The translations under genes and the position numbers were made by a program. From Pseudomonadota bacterium (GTDB lineage Bacteria; Pseudomonadota; Alphaproteobacteria; Caulobacterales; Caulobacteraceae), in contig JAFECT010000010.1 of NCBI GenBank assembly GCA_018241995.1, forward strand, positions 25,384-89,383: DNA of 64,000 nucleotides. Reading direction: 5' to 3'. Below are positions 1 through 11,068 of this stretch, piece by piece. The notes under the pieces were generated by a model, which ran no database searches, was not told where the DNA came from, and worked only from the letters and a program-made list of their open reading frames with translations. The number at the start of each line of letters is the position of its first letter. Position 1 is the first letter of the stretch.

Positions 1-336
1 CAGCGCCTTGAGGTCGACCACGGCGCGCAAGCTGCGGCCGATCAGTCGTTGGATTTCCTGGGTGCGGCCCGACTGCTTGCCCGACGCCGCCTCGCGGCGG
101 CCGCGGGTGTGGGTGGCGCGGGGCAGCATGCCATATTCGCCGGTGACCCAGCCCTGGCCCTTGTTGCGCAGCCAGGCCGGCAGGCTTTCCTCCACCGTGG
201 CGGTGACCAGCACCCGCGTATGGCCGAAACCGACAAGGCAGGACCCCTCGGCATAGCGGTTCACGCCGGTCTCCAGGGTGACGGCGCGGAGCTGATCGGG
301 CGCGCGGCCGGAGGGGCGGACGGGCTGGGTCGACAT
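1..336 (-). CDS. rph: Ribonuclease PH, N-terminal 112 codons (the 3' end lies beyond the left edge of the window)
   Basis: Absent from the ORF track because it runs off the window. My reverse translation from the ATG at 336 gives [50 protein letters not shown]...[47 protein letters not shown] with no stop, matching canonical RNase PH motifs. It is divergent from hrcA, as is usual in alphaproteobacteria. Confidence 0.9.
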   Translation of the reverse strand, partial: MSTQPVRPSGRAPDQLRAVTLETGVNRYAEGSCLVGFGHTRVLVTATVEESLPAWLRNKGQGWVTGEYGMLPRATHTRGRREAASGKQSGRTQEIQRLIGRSLRAVVDLKAL

Positions 337-412
337 GGTCGGGAACTCCGAGGCGGCGGCATAACTTGCACGCGAGGCCCCGCGCCTTATCCTAATTAGG
401 GCCAGCCGGTCC

Positions 413-1522
413 ATGTCCGAAGGATTCGCCCCCTCCCAGATGAGCGCCTTCCTGAACAGCTCGAACCTGCCGCCCCGCTCCGCCACCCTGGCCCAGCTGG
501 ATGAGCGGGCCCGCGACATCTTCCGCAAGGTGGTCGAAACCTATCTGGAGACTGGGGATCCGGTGGGCTCTCGCACCCTCTCCAAGGGCGGCGTGTCGCT
601 GTCGCCGGCTTCGATCCGCAACACCATGCAGGACCTGACCCAGCTGGGCCTCCTGACCGCGCCGCACCTGTCGGCCGGGCGGTTCCCGACCCATGCGGGC
701 CTCAGGCTGTTCGTGGACGGCCTCCTGGAAGTCGGCGACATCGGCGAGGACGAGAAGCGCGAGATCGAGCATCGTCTGGCCGGGCGTGGCCGCGGCTTCC
801 AGGAAGCCCTGGATGAGGCGACTTCATTGCTCTCAGGCTTGGCGGGCGGCGCGGGCGTGGTGGTCAGCCCGGTGCGCGAACTGGGCGTCAAGCACGTGGA
901 GTTCGTAGCCCTTGCGCCCGACCAGGCCCTGGCGGTGATCGTTTTCGACGACGGGGGAGTAGAGAACCGGCTGATGCGGCTGGCGCCCGGCGTCACCCCC
1001 TCGACCCTGCAGGAGGCCTCGAACTTCCTGAACGCCAAGCTGCGCGGCCGGACCCTGGCGGACGCCAAGGCCGAGATGAAGGGTGAGCTGGAGACGGCGC
1101 GCCGGGCGCTGGACGACACCGCGGCCCGCCTGGTGGAGGACGGCCTGGCCGCCTGGGGCGGGGGCGAGGGCTCCGACCGGGCCTTGATCGTGCGCGGCCG
1201 CGCCAATCTGCTGGGTGATCCCTCGGCGATGCAGGACCTGGAGCGGGTGCGCATGCTGTTCGACGACCTCGAGCAGAAGGAACAGCTGATCGGCCTGCTC
1301 GACGACGTGCGTGAGGCGCAGGGCGTGCGCATTTTCATCGGCTCGGAGACGCGACTGTTTTCCCTCTCGGGTTCCTCCGTGATCGCGGCGCCCTATATGA
1401 CCGGTCGGCAGAAGGTCGTCGGCGCGATCGGGGTGATCGGGCCGACCCGGCTGAATTATGCCCGCGTCATCCCGCTGGTGGACTATACCGCCCGCGTGCT
1501 GGGCGGCCTGTTGGACGGCTGA
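413..1522 (+). CDS. hrcA: Heat-inducible transcription repressor HrcA
   Basis: 369 aa. The N-terminal winged-helix region reads [30 protein letters not shown], the length is typical of HrcA, and grpE lies immediately downstream. Confidence 0.9.
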   Translation: MSEGFAPSQMSAFLNSSNLPPRSATLAQLDERARDIFRKVVETYLETGDPVGSRTLSKGGVSLSPASIRNTMQDLTQLGLLTAPHLSAGRFPTHAGLRLFVDGLLEVGDIGEDEKREIEHRLAGRGRGFQEALDEATSLLSGLAGGAGVVVSPVRELGVKHVEFVALAPDQALAVIVFDDGGVENRLMRLAPGVTPSTLQEASNFLNAKLRGRTLADAKAEMKGELETARRALDDTAARLVEDGLAAWGGGEGSDRALIVRGRANLLGDPSAMQDLERVRMLFDDLEQKEQLIGLLDDVREAQGVRIFIGSETRLFSLSGSSVIAAPYMTGRQKVVGAIGVIGPTRLNYARVIPLVDYTARVLGGLLDG

Positions 1523-1556
1523 CGGGATCAGGACTCCTGTCGGCCCAAGTGAAGAA

Positions 1557-2168
1557 ATGAAGATGAGCGACGAGATCGAAACTCCCGAAACCGAGGCGGA
1601 AGAGAGCCTCGACGAGATGATCCTGCGGCTTGAGGCCGAAATCGGCGAGTGGAAGGACCACGCCCTGCGCGCCGCGGCGGAGGCCGACAATGTGCGTCGC
1701 CGCGCCGAGCGCGAGATGAACGACGCCCGCGCCTACGCCATCCAGCGTTTCGCCAAGGACCTGTTTGGCGTGGCGGATAATCTGCAACGCGCGCTGCAGG
1801 CTGTCCCGAAGGACGCCGCCGATCCGGCGCTGAAGAGCCTGGCGACCGGGGTGGAGCTGATCGAGAAATCGCTGCACACCGCTTTCGAATCGAACGGCGT
1901 GAAGAAGATCGACCCTCAGCCGGGTGAGAAGTTCGACCCCAACCAGCACCAGGCGGTGATGGAGCAGCCCTCCGCCGAGGTGCCGGCGGGCGGGGTGATC
2001 CAGGTGCTGCAGACCGGCTATTCGCTGTTCGGCCGTGTGGTGCGCCCGGCCATGGTCGCGGTCGCTGCCAAGGGCGCGGCGGCGGCTCCGTCAGGCGGCG
2101 GCGAGACCAACCCCTACGCGAAGACGAACGGCCCCACCGAGGGCGAGGCCGTCGACACCAAGGCTTAG
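1557..2168 (+). CDS. grpE: Nucleotide exchange factor GrpE
   Basis: The track ORF 1458..2168 overlaps the hrcA 3' end, so I start at the ATG at 1557 (MKMSDEIE...). It has an acidic N-terminus, a coiled coil, and the GrpE core motifs FAKDLFGVADNLQRAL and FDPNQHQAV. Confidence 0.9.
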   Translation: MKMSDEIETPETEAEESLDEMILRLEAEIGEWKDHALRAAAEADNVRRRAEREMNDARAYAIQRFAKDLFGVADNLQRALQAVPKDAADPALKSLATGVELIEKSLHTAFESNGVKKIDPQPGEKFDPNQHQAVMEQPSAEVPAGGVIQVLQTGYSLFGRVVRPAMVAVAAKGAAAAPSGGGETNPYAKTNGPTEGEAVDTKA

Positions 2169-2181
2169 GTCGGCAGGCGGA

Positions 2182-4482
2182 TCAGAATTTGATCCGCCAC
2201 CCCCCCATCACGCCCAGGCCGACGCGGTCGGTCGGCATGTTGCCCTGATCGAAGGCGGCCAGCGCCTGCATGTGCAGCGCGCCCCAGTCGCCGAGGCTAC
2301 GCGAGGCGGTCAGGCGCAGGTCCAGTTCACGCCCGGTCGGCGCGGCGGAGAAGCTGCGGGTCGAGAAGGTGGTCGGATCGTCCCACTGCAGCGGTACATT
2401 GGGCAGCACCGCCTGGAAGCTGCCGCCCTCGATGCGCACCGGCTGAGCCAGCTCCAGGCCGAAGTTCGAGCAGGCGCCGCCCAGATGCAGGGCGCCGCAG
2501 CGACCCTCCAGGCCCAGTCGCCACGAGGAGCTTGTCGCGTCCGCCGATAGGAAGTGGCCCTGCAGGCTCGTGCGGCCCACGCTGGCGTCCGCGTCGAAGG
2601 CGAAGTCCTCGCCCAGCGCCCAGCGGCTGGTCACGGCGAAGAAGCGCGTCACCGACGGCAAGGCGTAGCCGGAGCCGGTCGGCACATAGGAGCCCAATGG
2701 CCCCAGCCGCTCATCCATGCGCCCGCCGGTGAAGGTGGCGGTCATGCGCTGGCCCGAATAGGTGCTCGAGACCCGCGAATAGGTGGTGGCGTCCTCCATC
2801 TCCGGGCTCATCATCTTCTGGCGCTGGCCGGCGCCGGTCTCGGCCGAGAAGGACCAGCGCGGGCTCAGCTGGAAGCGGGCCATTAGCGCGGTGTTAGGAT
2901 GCGCCAGGGCGCTGAAGGCGTCACGCGGCGCACCGGCGAAGGGGACGAGTCCCCCGCGGCCCGACCAGCTCTGCAGGCTGAAGCGGCCGTTCTCCACCGC
3001 GAAAGTCACGTCCTCCGGCGCCTGGGCGCGGGTCCACAGCAGGGGCGAATGATCATCCACGCCCGGCGCCTGGTCGGGCGCGGTCGAGGTGATCGAGAAT
3101 CGCGTGCCGCCCTTGCCCATGCTGGTCCCGACCTGGCGGGTCTCCACGCCCGGCGCGACGCTGGTCATCAGGTGTTGCTGGCCGGTGGGATAGAGCCCGG
3201 CCGCGTTGATGGAAAACAGCCGTCCGAAGCTGTCCTTCCCGGCGGTCTGCAGCGCCTGGGTGCGGGTCAGCGCATTGCCGAAGGCGGGGCTCAGCGAGGT
3301 GTCGGGCGTTGTGTTGATGGTGATGGCCTTGCCGTCGGCCATAGCCACGCTCATCGAGCCCACCGGCTGGAAGGCGGCGGCCAGGTCGATAAGGCCATGA
3401 CCGTAGACATTGTCCACGCCTGGATCCCCCAGGTCCTTGGCCGTGTCGAACAAGATCTGCACCGCCTGGGCGCCGGTCAGATTCGGGAAGGCCTGCAAGA
3501 GCAGCGCCACCGCGCCCGCCACGTGCGGCGCCGAGAAGGAGGTGCCGCTGACCACGTCGCAGGTCGTTCCGTTGCACCGGGTCACAATGCCGACGCCCGG
3601 CGCGACCACGTACCAGTTGGCGACCGAGCCGGCTTTGTTGGAGAAGCTGGCCATGGTGTTGAACTGGTCGGTGGCGCCGACGGCGATGACCAGGCCCTGG
3701 TAGCGCGGGTCACCGGCGTAGCGCGCCGGATAGCTGGACTCCGCGGCATGATCGTTGCCCGACGAAACCACCACCACGACCCCGGCGTTGACCGCGCGCT
3801 GCAGCGCCGCCTCGAAGGTGAAGCCCTCGGGCGTGTCACCGCCCAGCGACATGTTCACCACGCGGGCCCCGTGCGCGACGGCATAGTCGAGGCCCGCCGC
3901 GGTATCGGTGGAGAAGAACTTGCAGCCGTCCGTGCCGGCGCAGCTGCCGATGGAGTCGGCGCGAATGCCCAGGATGGTCGACTGATAAGCGACACCGATA
4001 GTGCCGAACCCGTTGAAGTCCGCGGCGATGACGCCGGATACTTCGGTCCCGTGCTTGCCATTGGTCAGGTCGCCGTCCGGCGCATTGCGCCCGGCGATGA
4101 TGTCGACTGAGTCGGTCGAGACGCGGCCGGCCAAGTCAGGCTGGGTGTGGTCCACGCCAGTGTCGATCACCGCCACGGTGATGCCGGCGCCGGTCGCGCC
4201 TTTCGCATAGGCGGCCGAGGCGTTGATGTTGGTCAGGCCGTAGTTGCGCTGGAACTCCGCGCTCGCGGGATCGGGCGCCGCCGGCGGGGGAGGCGGCGGC
4301 GGGGGCGGAGGCGGGGGAGGCGGCGGAGGGGGCGGCAAGGGCGAGACGGGCGGGCTGACACCGCCGCCTCCGCCACCTCCGCCCCCGCCACAAGCGGCTA
4401 CGCCCAGCGAAACGGCGGCCATGGCGCACAGGATTTGGGCGCGCATGAGCTTTGACTTCATGGAACTCGAGCTGGACGTCAT
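2182..4482 (-). CDS. Subtilisin-family (S8) serine protease autotransporter, predicted lipoprotein
   Basis: 766 aa. The signal peptide ends in the lipobox LGVAAC, followed by Gly and Pro homopolymer tracts. The S8 catalytic triad motifs are VAVIDTGVD, HGTEVSGVIA and SGTSFSAPHVAGA. The C-terminal roughly 280 aa is a beta-barrel-type region ending GGWRIKF with a terminal aromatic residue. Alternative starts exist at Met8 and Met13. Confidence 0.85.
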   Translation of the reverse strand: MTSSSSSMKSKLMRAQILCAMAAVSLGVAACGGGGGGGGGGVSPPVSPLPPPPPPPPPPPPPPPPPPAAPDPASAEFQRNYGLTNINASAAYAKGATGAGITVAVIDTGVDHTQPDLAGRVSTDSVDIIAGRNAPDGDLTNGKHGTEVSGVIAADFNGFGTIGVAYQSTILGIRADSIGSCAGTDGCKFFSTDTAAGLDYAVAHGARVVNMSLGGDTPEGFTFEAALQRAVNAGVVVVVSSGNDHAAESSYPARYAGDPRYQGLVIAVGATDQFNTMASFSNKAGSVANWYVVAPGVGIVTRCNGTTCDVVSGTSFSAPHVAGAVALLLQAFPNLTGAQAVQILFDTAKDLGDPGVDNVYGHGLIDLAAAFQPVGSMSVAMADGKAITINTTPDTSLSPAFGNALTRTQALQTAGKDSFGRLFSINAAGLYPTGQQHLMTSVAPGVETRQVGTSMGKGGTRFSITSTAPDQAPGVDDHSPLLWTRAQAPEDVTFAVENGRFSLQSWSGRGGLVPFAGAPRDAFSALAHPNTALMARFQLSPRWSFSAETGAGQRQKMMSPEMEDATTYSRVSSTYSGQRMTATFTGGRMDERLGPLGSYVPTGSGYALPSVTRFFAVTSRWALGEDFAFDADASVGRTSLQGHFLSADATSSSWRLGLEGRCGALHLGGACSNFGLELAQPVRIEGGSFQAVLPNVPLQWDDPTTFSTRSFSAAPTGRELDLRLTASRSLGDWGALHMQALAAFDQGNMPTDRVGLGVMGGWRIKF
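4282..4389 (-). repeat. Low-complexity coding repeat: a Pro run (4282..4335, 18 consecutive Pro codons by my count) and a Gly run (4360..4389, 10 Gly codons)
   Basis: I decoded these codon by codon on the minus strand in the frame of the S8 autotransporter. The DNA is a degenerate (GGN/CCN)n tract. Confidence 0.85.
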
Positions 4483-4635
4483 TTACTGATCCCCCGGACA
4501 CGCACGCTCTACGTCGACCCGACGCGAGCGCAACCCTAGCAGACGGGGCCGAATCTCAGCCCCTCTGTGTTTAGATTTTGTCTCAGCGTGACCGTAAGGC
4601 CGCGGCCCGACGTCGCGGCCGCCGTCCGATCAGTT

Positions 4636-5541
4636 CTAAAGATGCGCCTTGAACCAAGCGCCTAGCCGCTTCCAGCCGTCCTCCGCGTCCTTCTGATTGT
4701 AGGTCGCGGCGCGGTAGTCGGCGTGGAAGCCGTGCTGGGCGTCGCCGTAGGTGACCAGCTCCGAGACCTTGTCGCCCTTGGCCTTCAAGGCGTCGCGCAT
4801 GGCCTGCACGTCGGTCTGGGGGATGCCCTTGTCGAGGCCGGCGTAGAGACCCAGCACCGGCCCGTGGATCTGTGCGACCAGCTCCAGCGGATATTTGCGA
4901 TCTTCCACGCGCTTGTCGGCGGGCGGGCCGGACAGGCGGCCGTACCAGGCCACCCCGGTCTTGATGCGCTTCACCTCGGCCATCGCCATCCACACTACGC
5001 CGCCGCCCCAGCAGAAGCCGGTGACGCCCACGCGGCTCATGTCCGCGAAATCGGCGTGGGCCTGGCCGAGCTTGGGCTTGGAGGCCAGGAAGTCGAGCGC
5101 GGCGTCGATGTCGCCCATCACCTGCTTGTCCGTGGCGGTGGCCACGATCTTCTGGATTTCCTGCATCTGCTGCATGGTCAGGGCCGCAGGGTTGCCGGCG
5201 CGGGCGAAGAAGTCCGGCGCGATGGCGACATAGCCCTGGTGCGCCAGGCGGCGGCAGACGTCGCGGATGTATTCGTGCAGGCCGAAGATCTCGGAGACCA
5301 CCACCACCACCGGGCGCTTCTTCGCATCCGCGGGCATGGCCAGGTAGCCGGGCAGCTTCACGCCGTGGGAGGGGATTTCGACGGCCTGGGCGAACAGGCC
5401 GTTGGTGTCGGTCTTGATCGGATCGGCCCGAAGCGGCCCGGCCGCCAGGGTGTAGCCGGCGAACATCAGCCCGCCGAGCATGCGGCGCGAAAGATGGAAG
5501 TCCTGGGGTTCGGTCCCCTCCGGACGCGACAGGTAAGCCAT
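4636..5541 (-). CDS. Dienelactone hydrolase family protein, probably Tat-exported
   Basis: 301 aa. There is a twin-arginine motif, LSRRMLGGL, in the N-terminal signal region. DLH-type motifs are present: VVVVSEIFGLHEYIRDVCRRLA, GVTGFCWGG, and a C-terminal DAQHGF. Confidence 0.8.
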   Translation of the reverse strand: MAYLSRPEGTEPQDFHLSRRMLGGLMFAGYTLAAGPLRADPIKTDTNGLFAQAVEIPSHGVKLPGYLAMPADAKKRPVVVVVSEIFGLHEYIRDVCRRLAHQGYVAIAPDFFARAGNPAALTMQQMQEIQKIVATATDKQVMGDIDAALDFLASKPKLGQAHADFADMSRVGVTGFCWGGGVVWMAMAEVKRIKTGVAWYGRLSGPPADKRVEDRKYPLELVAQIHGPVLGLYAGLDKGIPQTDVQAMRDALKAKGDKVSELVTYGDAQHGFHADYRAATYNQKDAEDGWKRLGAWFKAHL

Positions 5542-5724
5542 GCGTTCCCTCCATGCGGCCGCTCAGGGGGCGGCGACCGTCACTTGAACGACTATAGCGG
5601 CCTCATCAGGCGCTGAGAACGATGTTCGACGAATGGCGACGGCGGTGCGGCGCTCGTTGCGTGGACGTGGCGCTTTGGGGCTCAAGCTTGCGTCCTGGCG
5701 GAGCGGTCCGGCAAATCGAGCCCT

Positions 5725-6318
5725 TCAGGCGGTCCGGGCGCGCCTGAGCGTCAGGTTCAGCCGCCCGCCGCCGGGAATCAGTCGGGATCCCCCCGCCAGC
5801 ACCCGGTCCACGCCGTGCCTGGCCAGGCGGGCAGGCCCTGACAGCACGCACACGTCGCCCGAGTTCAGCCGCAAGCTGGTCGTAGGTCCGCCCCCGGCCG
5901 GGCCGATGCGGAACACCGCCGGATCGCCCAGCGACACCGAAACCACCGGAAAGGCGAAGTCCGCCTCGTCGCGATCCTGGTGCAGGCCCATCTTCGCCCC
6001 GTCGCGATAGAGGTTGACCAGGCAGGCGTCGGGCGGCGTCTCGCACCCGCCGAGTTCGCGCCAGAGGCTGAGCAAGACAGCCGGAATGGCGGGCCAGGGC
6101 CGGCCGGTGACCGGGTGCGTGGGCTGGTAGCGATAGCCTGAGCGGTCCGACACCCAGCCCAGCGGCCCCAGGTTGGTCATGCGCACGGAGAACGGCTTGC
6201 CGCCCGGCGTCACCGGATTGAAGAACGGCGCGGCCTCGACCAGGGTCAGGACTTCTGCCGTGAGCGCGGCCTGGGCGTCCGGGTCCAGAGCCTGAGGAAA
6301 GAAGCGGAAGCCGTCCAT
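5725..6318 (-). CDS. alkB: Alpha-ketoglutarate/Fe(II)-dependent DNA repair dioxygenase AlkB
   Basis: 197 aa. Motifs NLYRDGAKMGLHQDRDE (HxD iron ligands), SVSLGDPAVFRIG, ARLARHGV and LNLTLR match AlkB. Confidence 0.85.
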   Translation of the reverse strand: MDGFRFFPQALDPDAQAALTAEVLTLVEAAPFFNPVTPGGKPFSVRMTNLGPLGWVSDRSGYRYQPTHPVTGRPWPAIPAVLLSLWRELGGCETPPDACLVNLYRDGAKMGLHQDRDEADFAFPVVSVSLGDPAVFRIGPAGGGPTTSLRLNSGDVCVLSGPARLARHGVDRVLAGGSRLIPGGGRLNLTLRRARTA

Positions 6319-6510
6319 GCGGCGGCGATCATCGCCTGCCTATCGAAGACGGGGAAGGCGCTTCCTCGACTGCTAAGGCGATTGGCGCACCCGTCAGGCG
6401 AAATGGCCTCTGAGCGCCCGGTTCCGGCGCAAACGGCGGCGGGGCAAAGAGTCTTGGCGTTTCGTTCCCGCCCAGGCTGCGACAACCCTGCACACAGTAG
6501 GGCTGTTCCT

Positions 6511-6538
6511 CTTGCGGCGGCCCACCGGTTTCCCATAT
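6511..6538 (+). promoter_or_regulatory. Candidate sigma-32 (heat-shock) promoter upstream of dnaK
   Basis: CTTGCG (6511..6516), a 14-nt spacer, then TCCCATAT (6531..6538), compared with the consensus CTTGAA-N13-15-CCCCATNT. It lies about 140 nt upstream of the dnaK ATG. This is a pattern match only. Confidence 0.45.
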
Positions 6539-6676
6539 CGACCCCAGCGCGACGCTCTGCGGTTTGCACGAGCGAAGCATCGGTTTGAAAACGTGGAAAT
6601 CTGGGGACGGACCCGCGCGGCGCTTGAAAGCCCGAGGCCGCCGAAACCGCCCGCCAACGGAGTTACGACAGGACCC

Positions 6677-8593
<1,917 letters not shown>

Positions 8594-8621
8594 GCCTCGG
8601 CAAGAGTAAGGGTCGTCGCCC

Positions 8622-9800
8622 ATGGCGCGTGATTTCTACGAGGTTCTGGGGGTCTCCCGGACAGCTGACGCCGCCGAGCTCAAATCGGCGTTCCGCAAGC
8701 TGGCCATGGAGCACCACCCGGACCGCAATGGCGGCTGCGAAGAGGCCTCCGGACGCTTCAAGGAGCTGAACGAGGCCTATTCGGTCCTGTCCGATCCCGA
8801 CAAGCGGGCCGCTTACGACCGCTTCGGCCACGCCGGCGTCAACGGCATGGGCGGGGGTCAGGGCGGCTTCGGCGGCGGCGCGGGCTTCTCCAACGTCAAC
8901 GACATCTTCTCGGAGGTGTTCGGCGATGTCTTCGGCGAGATGTTCAACCAGGGCCGGCGCAACAGCGGCCCGGTGCGCGGCGCCGACCTGCGCTACGACC
9001 TCGAGATCTCGCTGGAGCAGGCCTATCGCGGGGCGGAGGTGGAGATCACCACCCCCTCCACCATCACCTGCGACAGCTGTGACGGCTCCGGCGCCAAGGC
9101 CGGGACCCAGCCCACCGCCTGCAACACCTGTGGCGGGGCCGGGCGCGTGCGCGCCGCCAACGGCTTCTTCGCGGTGGAACGCACCTGCCCGCGCTGCGGC
9201 GGGGCCGGCAAGGTGGTCTCCGACCCCTGCGCCAAGTGCCACGGCCACGGCCAGGTCCGGCGCGACCGCACGCTTCAGGTCCGCATTCCCGCCGGCGTGG
9301 ACGACGGCGCGCGCATCCGCCTTGCGGGCGAGGGAGACTCCGGCCACCGGGGCGGCCCGCGCGGCGACCTCTACATCTTCCTGTCGGTGAGCCCGCACGA
9401 ACTGTTCGAGCGCGACGGCCTGGACCTGCTGGTCGGCGTCCCCGTGCCCATGCACGTGGCGGCGCTGGGCGGCGAGATCGAGTCGCCTTGCCTGTCGATC
9501 GGCGACTGCAGCGACTGCCGCATCGACGTGAAGGTGCCGGAAGGCTCCCAGACCGGGCGCACCCTGCGCATCAAGGGCCGGGGCATGCCGTCCCTGAATG
9601 GACGCCAGCGCGGCGACCTGGTGGTGGAGCTGTTCGTCGAGACCCCCACCAACCTGACGCCCCGCCAGAAGGAGCTGATGCGCGAACTCGCCGGCCTCTG
9701 CGGCGAGAAGCAGCATCCCAAACACGCCGGCTTCTTCAACAAGGCTCGCCGTTTCTGGGATGACCTGACCGGTCAGCCGGAAGGCGATACCGCGGCCTGA
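8622..9800 (+). CDS. dnaJ: Co-chaperone DnaJ
   Basis: 392 aa. It has a J domain (DFYEVLGVSR...HHPDRN), a G/F-rich linker, and four CxxCxGxG zinc-finger repeats. Confidence 0.97.
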   Translation: MARDFYEVLGVSRTADAAELKSAFRKLAMEHHPDRNGGCEEASGRFKELNEAYSVLSDPDKRAAYDRFGHAGVNGMGGGQGGFGGGAGFSNVNDIFSEVFGDVFGEMFNQGRRNSGPVRGADLRYDLEISLEQAYRGAEVEITTPSTITCDSCDGSGAKAGTQPTACNTCGGAGRVRAANGFFAVERTCPRCGGAGKVVSDPCAKCHGHGQVRRDRTLQVRIPAGVDDGARIRLAGEGDSGHRGGPRGDLYIFLSVSPHELFERDGLDLLVGVPVPMHVAALGGEIESPCLSIGDCSDCRIDVKVPEGSQTGRTLRIKGRGMPSLNGRQRGDLVVELFVETPTNLTPRQKELMRELAGLCGEKQHPKHAGFFNKARRFWDDLTGQPEGDTAA

Positions 9801-9870
9801 CCTGACGGCTCTGTGCGCCGTGGCGTGGCCGGCTGAAAGCGGCTAGCTTCGCCCGTCGCCCGGAGCCGCC

Positions 9871-10482
9871 ATGTTCAAGCCAGCGTTCGCTTTGTTCGCC
9901 CTCGGGCTCGTGGCCCTTCCGGCTCTCGCCCAGGAAGGCCCGGTCGCAACCCAGCACCGCACGACCTCGGGCGTGGAGACGCCGCCTCCGGCGAAGCCCG
10001 CGGCGGCGATGCCGGACGCACAGGCCCCGGCCTGGAAGCGCCGGCGCTATCCCGACCTCGGCTTCTCGGCCGAATTTCCCGTCGATCCGCGCCGCCAGGA
10101 CGGGCCGCCGCGCCCGGGGAAAGCGCGCGTCTCCATGGTCGCCGCCCAGGTGGGCGACCGGCCCTACATTGTCCTGCGCGCCGACATGACCGGAGTGAAG
10201 GGCGTCACCAGCAAGGATCCCAACAAGGCGCTCGACGATACCCTGGTGGGCCGCCTGCGTCAGGGCGAGGTGCTGGGCGATCACGCGTTGCCGGCCAAGC
10301 TGGGCGGAGGCCGCGAGCTGATCGTGAAACAGGGCGACGCCACCGCACGGATCCGCATCTATTCCCACTGGCCGCGGTTCTACGCCCTGATCGTGGCCGG
10401 ACCCGCCGATGCGCCCCAAGGCCTGCACGATCCGGATGCGGACCGGTTCATGGGCTCCTTCGCCCGCATCACCAAGAAATAG
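9871..10482 (+). CDS. Secreted hypothetical protein (paralog A)
   Basis: 203 aa with the Sec signal MFKPAFALFALGLVALPALAQE. It shares motifs with the next gene: PAWK..Y.DLGFSAEFP, RIRIY, DADRF..SF. Confidence 0.7.
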   Translation: MFKPAFALFALGLVALPALAQEGPVATQHRTTSGVETPPPAKPAAAMPDAQAPAWKRRRYPDLGFSAEFPVDPRRQDGPPRPGKARVSMVAAQVGDRPYIVLRADMTGVKGVTSKDPNKALDDTLVGRLRQGEVLGDHALPAKLGGGRELIVKQGDATARIRIYSHWPRFYALIVAGPADAPQGLHDPDADRFMGSFARITKK

Positions 10483-10505
10483 GCCCCTCGCCGGAGTTCC
10501 CTTCC

Positions 10506-11063
10506 ATGCGTCTCGTTCTCGCCGCCGCGGTCGCGGCGCTTCTGTCGGCCCCCGTCACCGCCCACGCGGCGCCTGCGCCGGCGACCGCCTCCCAAACCGC
10601 GGTCCCTGCGTGGAAGACCTACGCCTATCGCGACCTGCACTACGGCGCCGATTTCCCGGCCGAGCCCGCGCGCAGCGAGGAGATCGTCAAGCCGGGGCCG
10701 GACCAGAGCTCGCTGCAATCGACCTTCGTTGTCGCGCAGCTGGGCTCGTCGGTCTTCGGCGTGACCACCACCGACTATTCCTCGGCGACCATCGTGCCGG
10801 ACCCGGCCAAGCTGGCCGACCACGCCCTGAACGGGGTCACGAGCGAGCGCACGGTGATGAAGACCTCGAGTTTCGAGGTCCCCGGCGGCGCGGGCCGCGA
10901 GGCGGTCGCCTCGGGAGGCGGACTGGTCGTGCGCGTGCGCATCTATGCCGTGAACAAGCGGCTCTACATCGTCATGGCCGGCACGCTCGACACCGCCCAC
11001 CCGCACGTCCTGGACGGCGGCGACGCCGAGCGGTTCTTCGCGAGTTTCAAGCCGACGCCCTGA
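10506..11063 (+). CDS. Secreted hypothetical protein (paralog B)
   Basis: 185 aa with a signal peptide ending VTAHA-AP. Its motifs PAWKTYAYRDLHYGADFP, RVRIY and DAERFFASF are collinear with paralog A. Confidence 0.7.
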   Translation: MRLVLAAAVAALLSAPVTAHAAPAPATASQTAVPAWKTYAYRDLHYGADFPAEPARSEEIVKPGPDQSSLQSTFVVAQLGSSVFGVTTTDYSSATIVPDPAKLADHALNGVTSERTVMKTSSFEVPGGAGREAVASGGGLVVRVRIYAVNKRLYIVMAGTLDTAHPHVLDGGDAERFFASFKPTP

Positions 11064-11068
11064 GGGCC

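Noticed and set aside
365-392. A possible sigma-32 promoter upstream of hrcA: CTTGCA-N14-CCTTATCC.
   Set aside because: The -10 element matches only about 4 of 8 consensus positions, which is too weak to call from sequence alone.
4262-4400. A highly repetitive GGCGG/GGGGA tract that superficially resembles a tandem repeat or array.
   Set aside because: It is in frame inside the S8 autotransporter and simply encodes poly-Pro and poly-Gly. It has no spacer/repeat periodicity and is not a CRISPR array or a VNTR outside coding sequence.
4545-4582. A plus-strand hairpin, GGGGC-N9-GCCCC, followed by a T-rich tail (TCTGTGTTTAGATTTTGTC) between two minus-strand genes. This could be an orphan terminator or the 3' end of an sRNA.
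   Set aside because: The stem is only 5 bp, I recognise no promoter upstream, and there is no conservation information. This is not enough to call an ncRNA.
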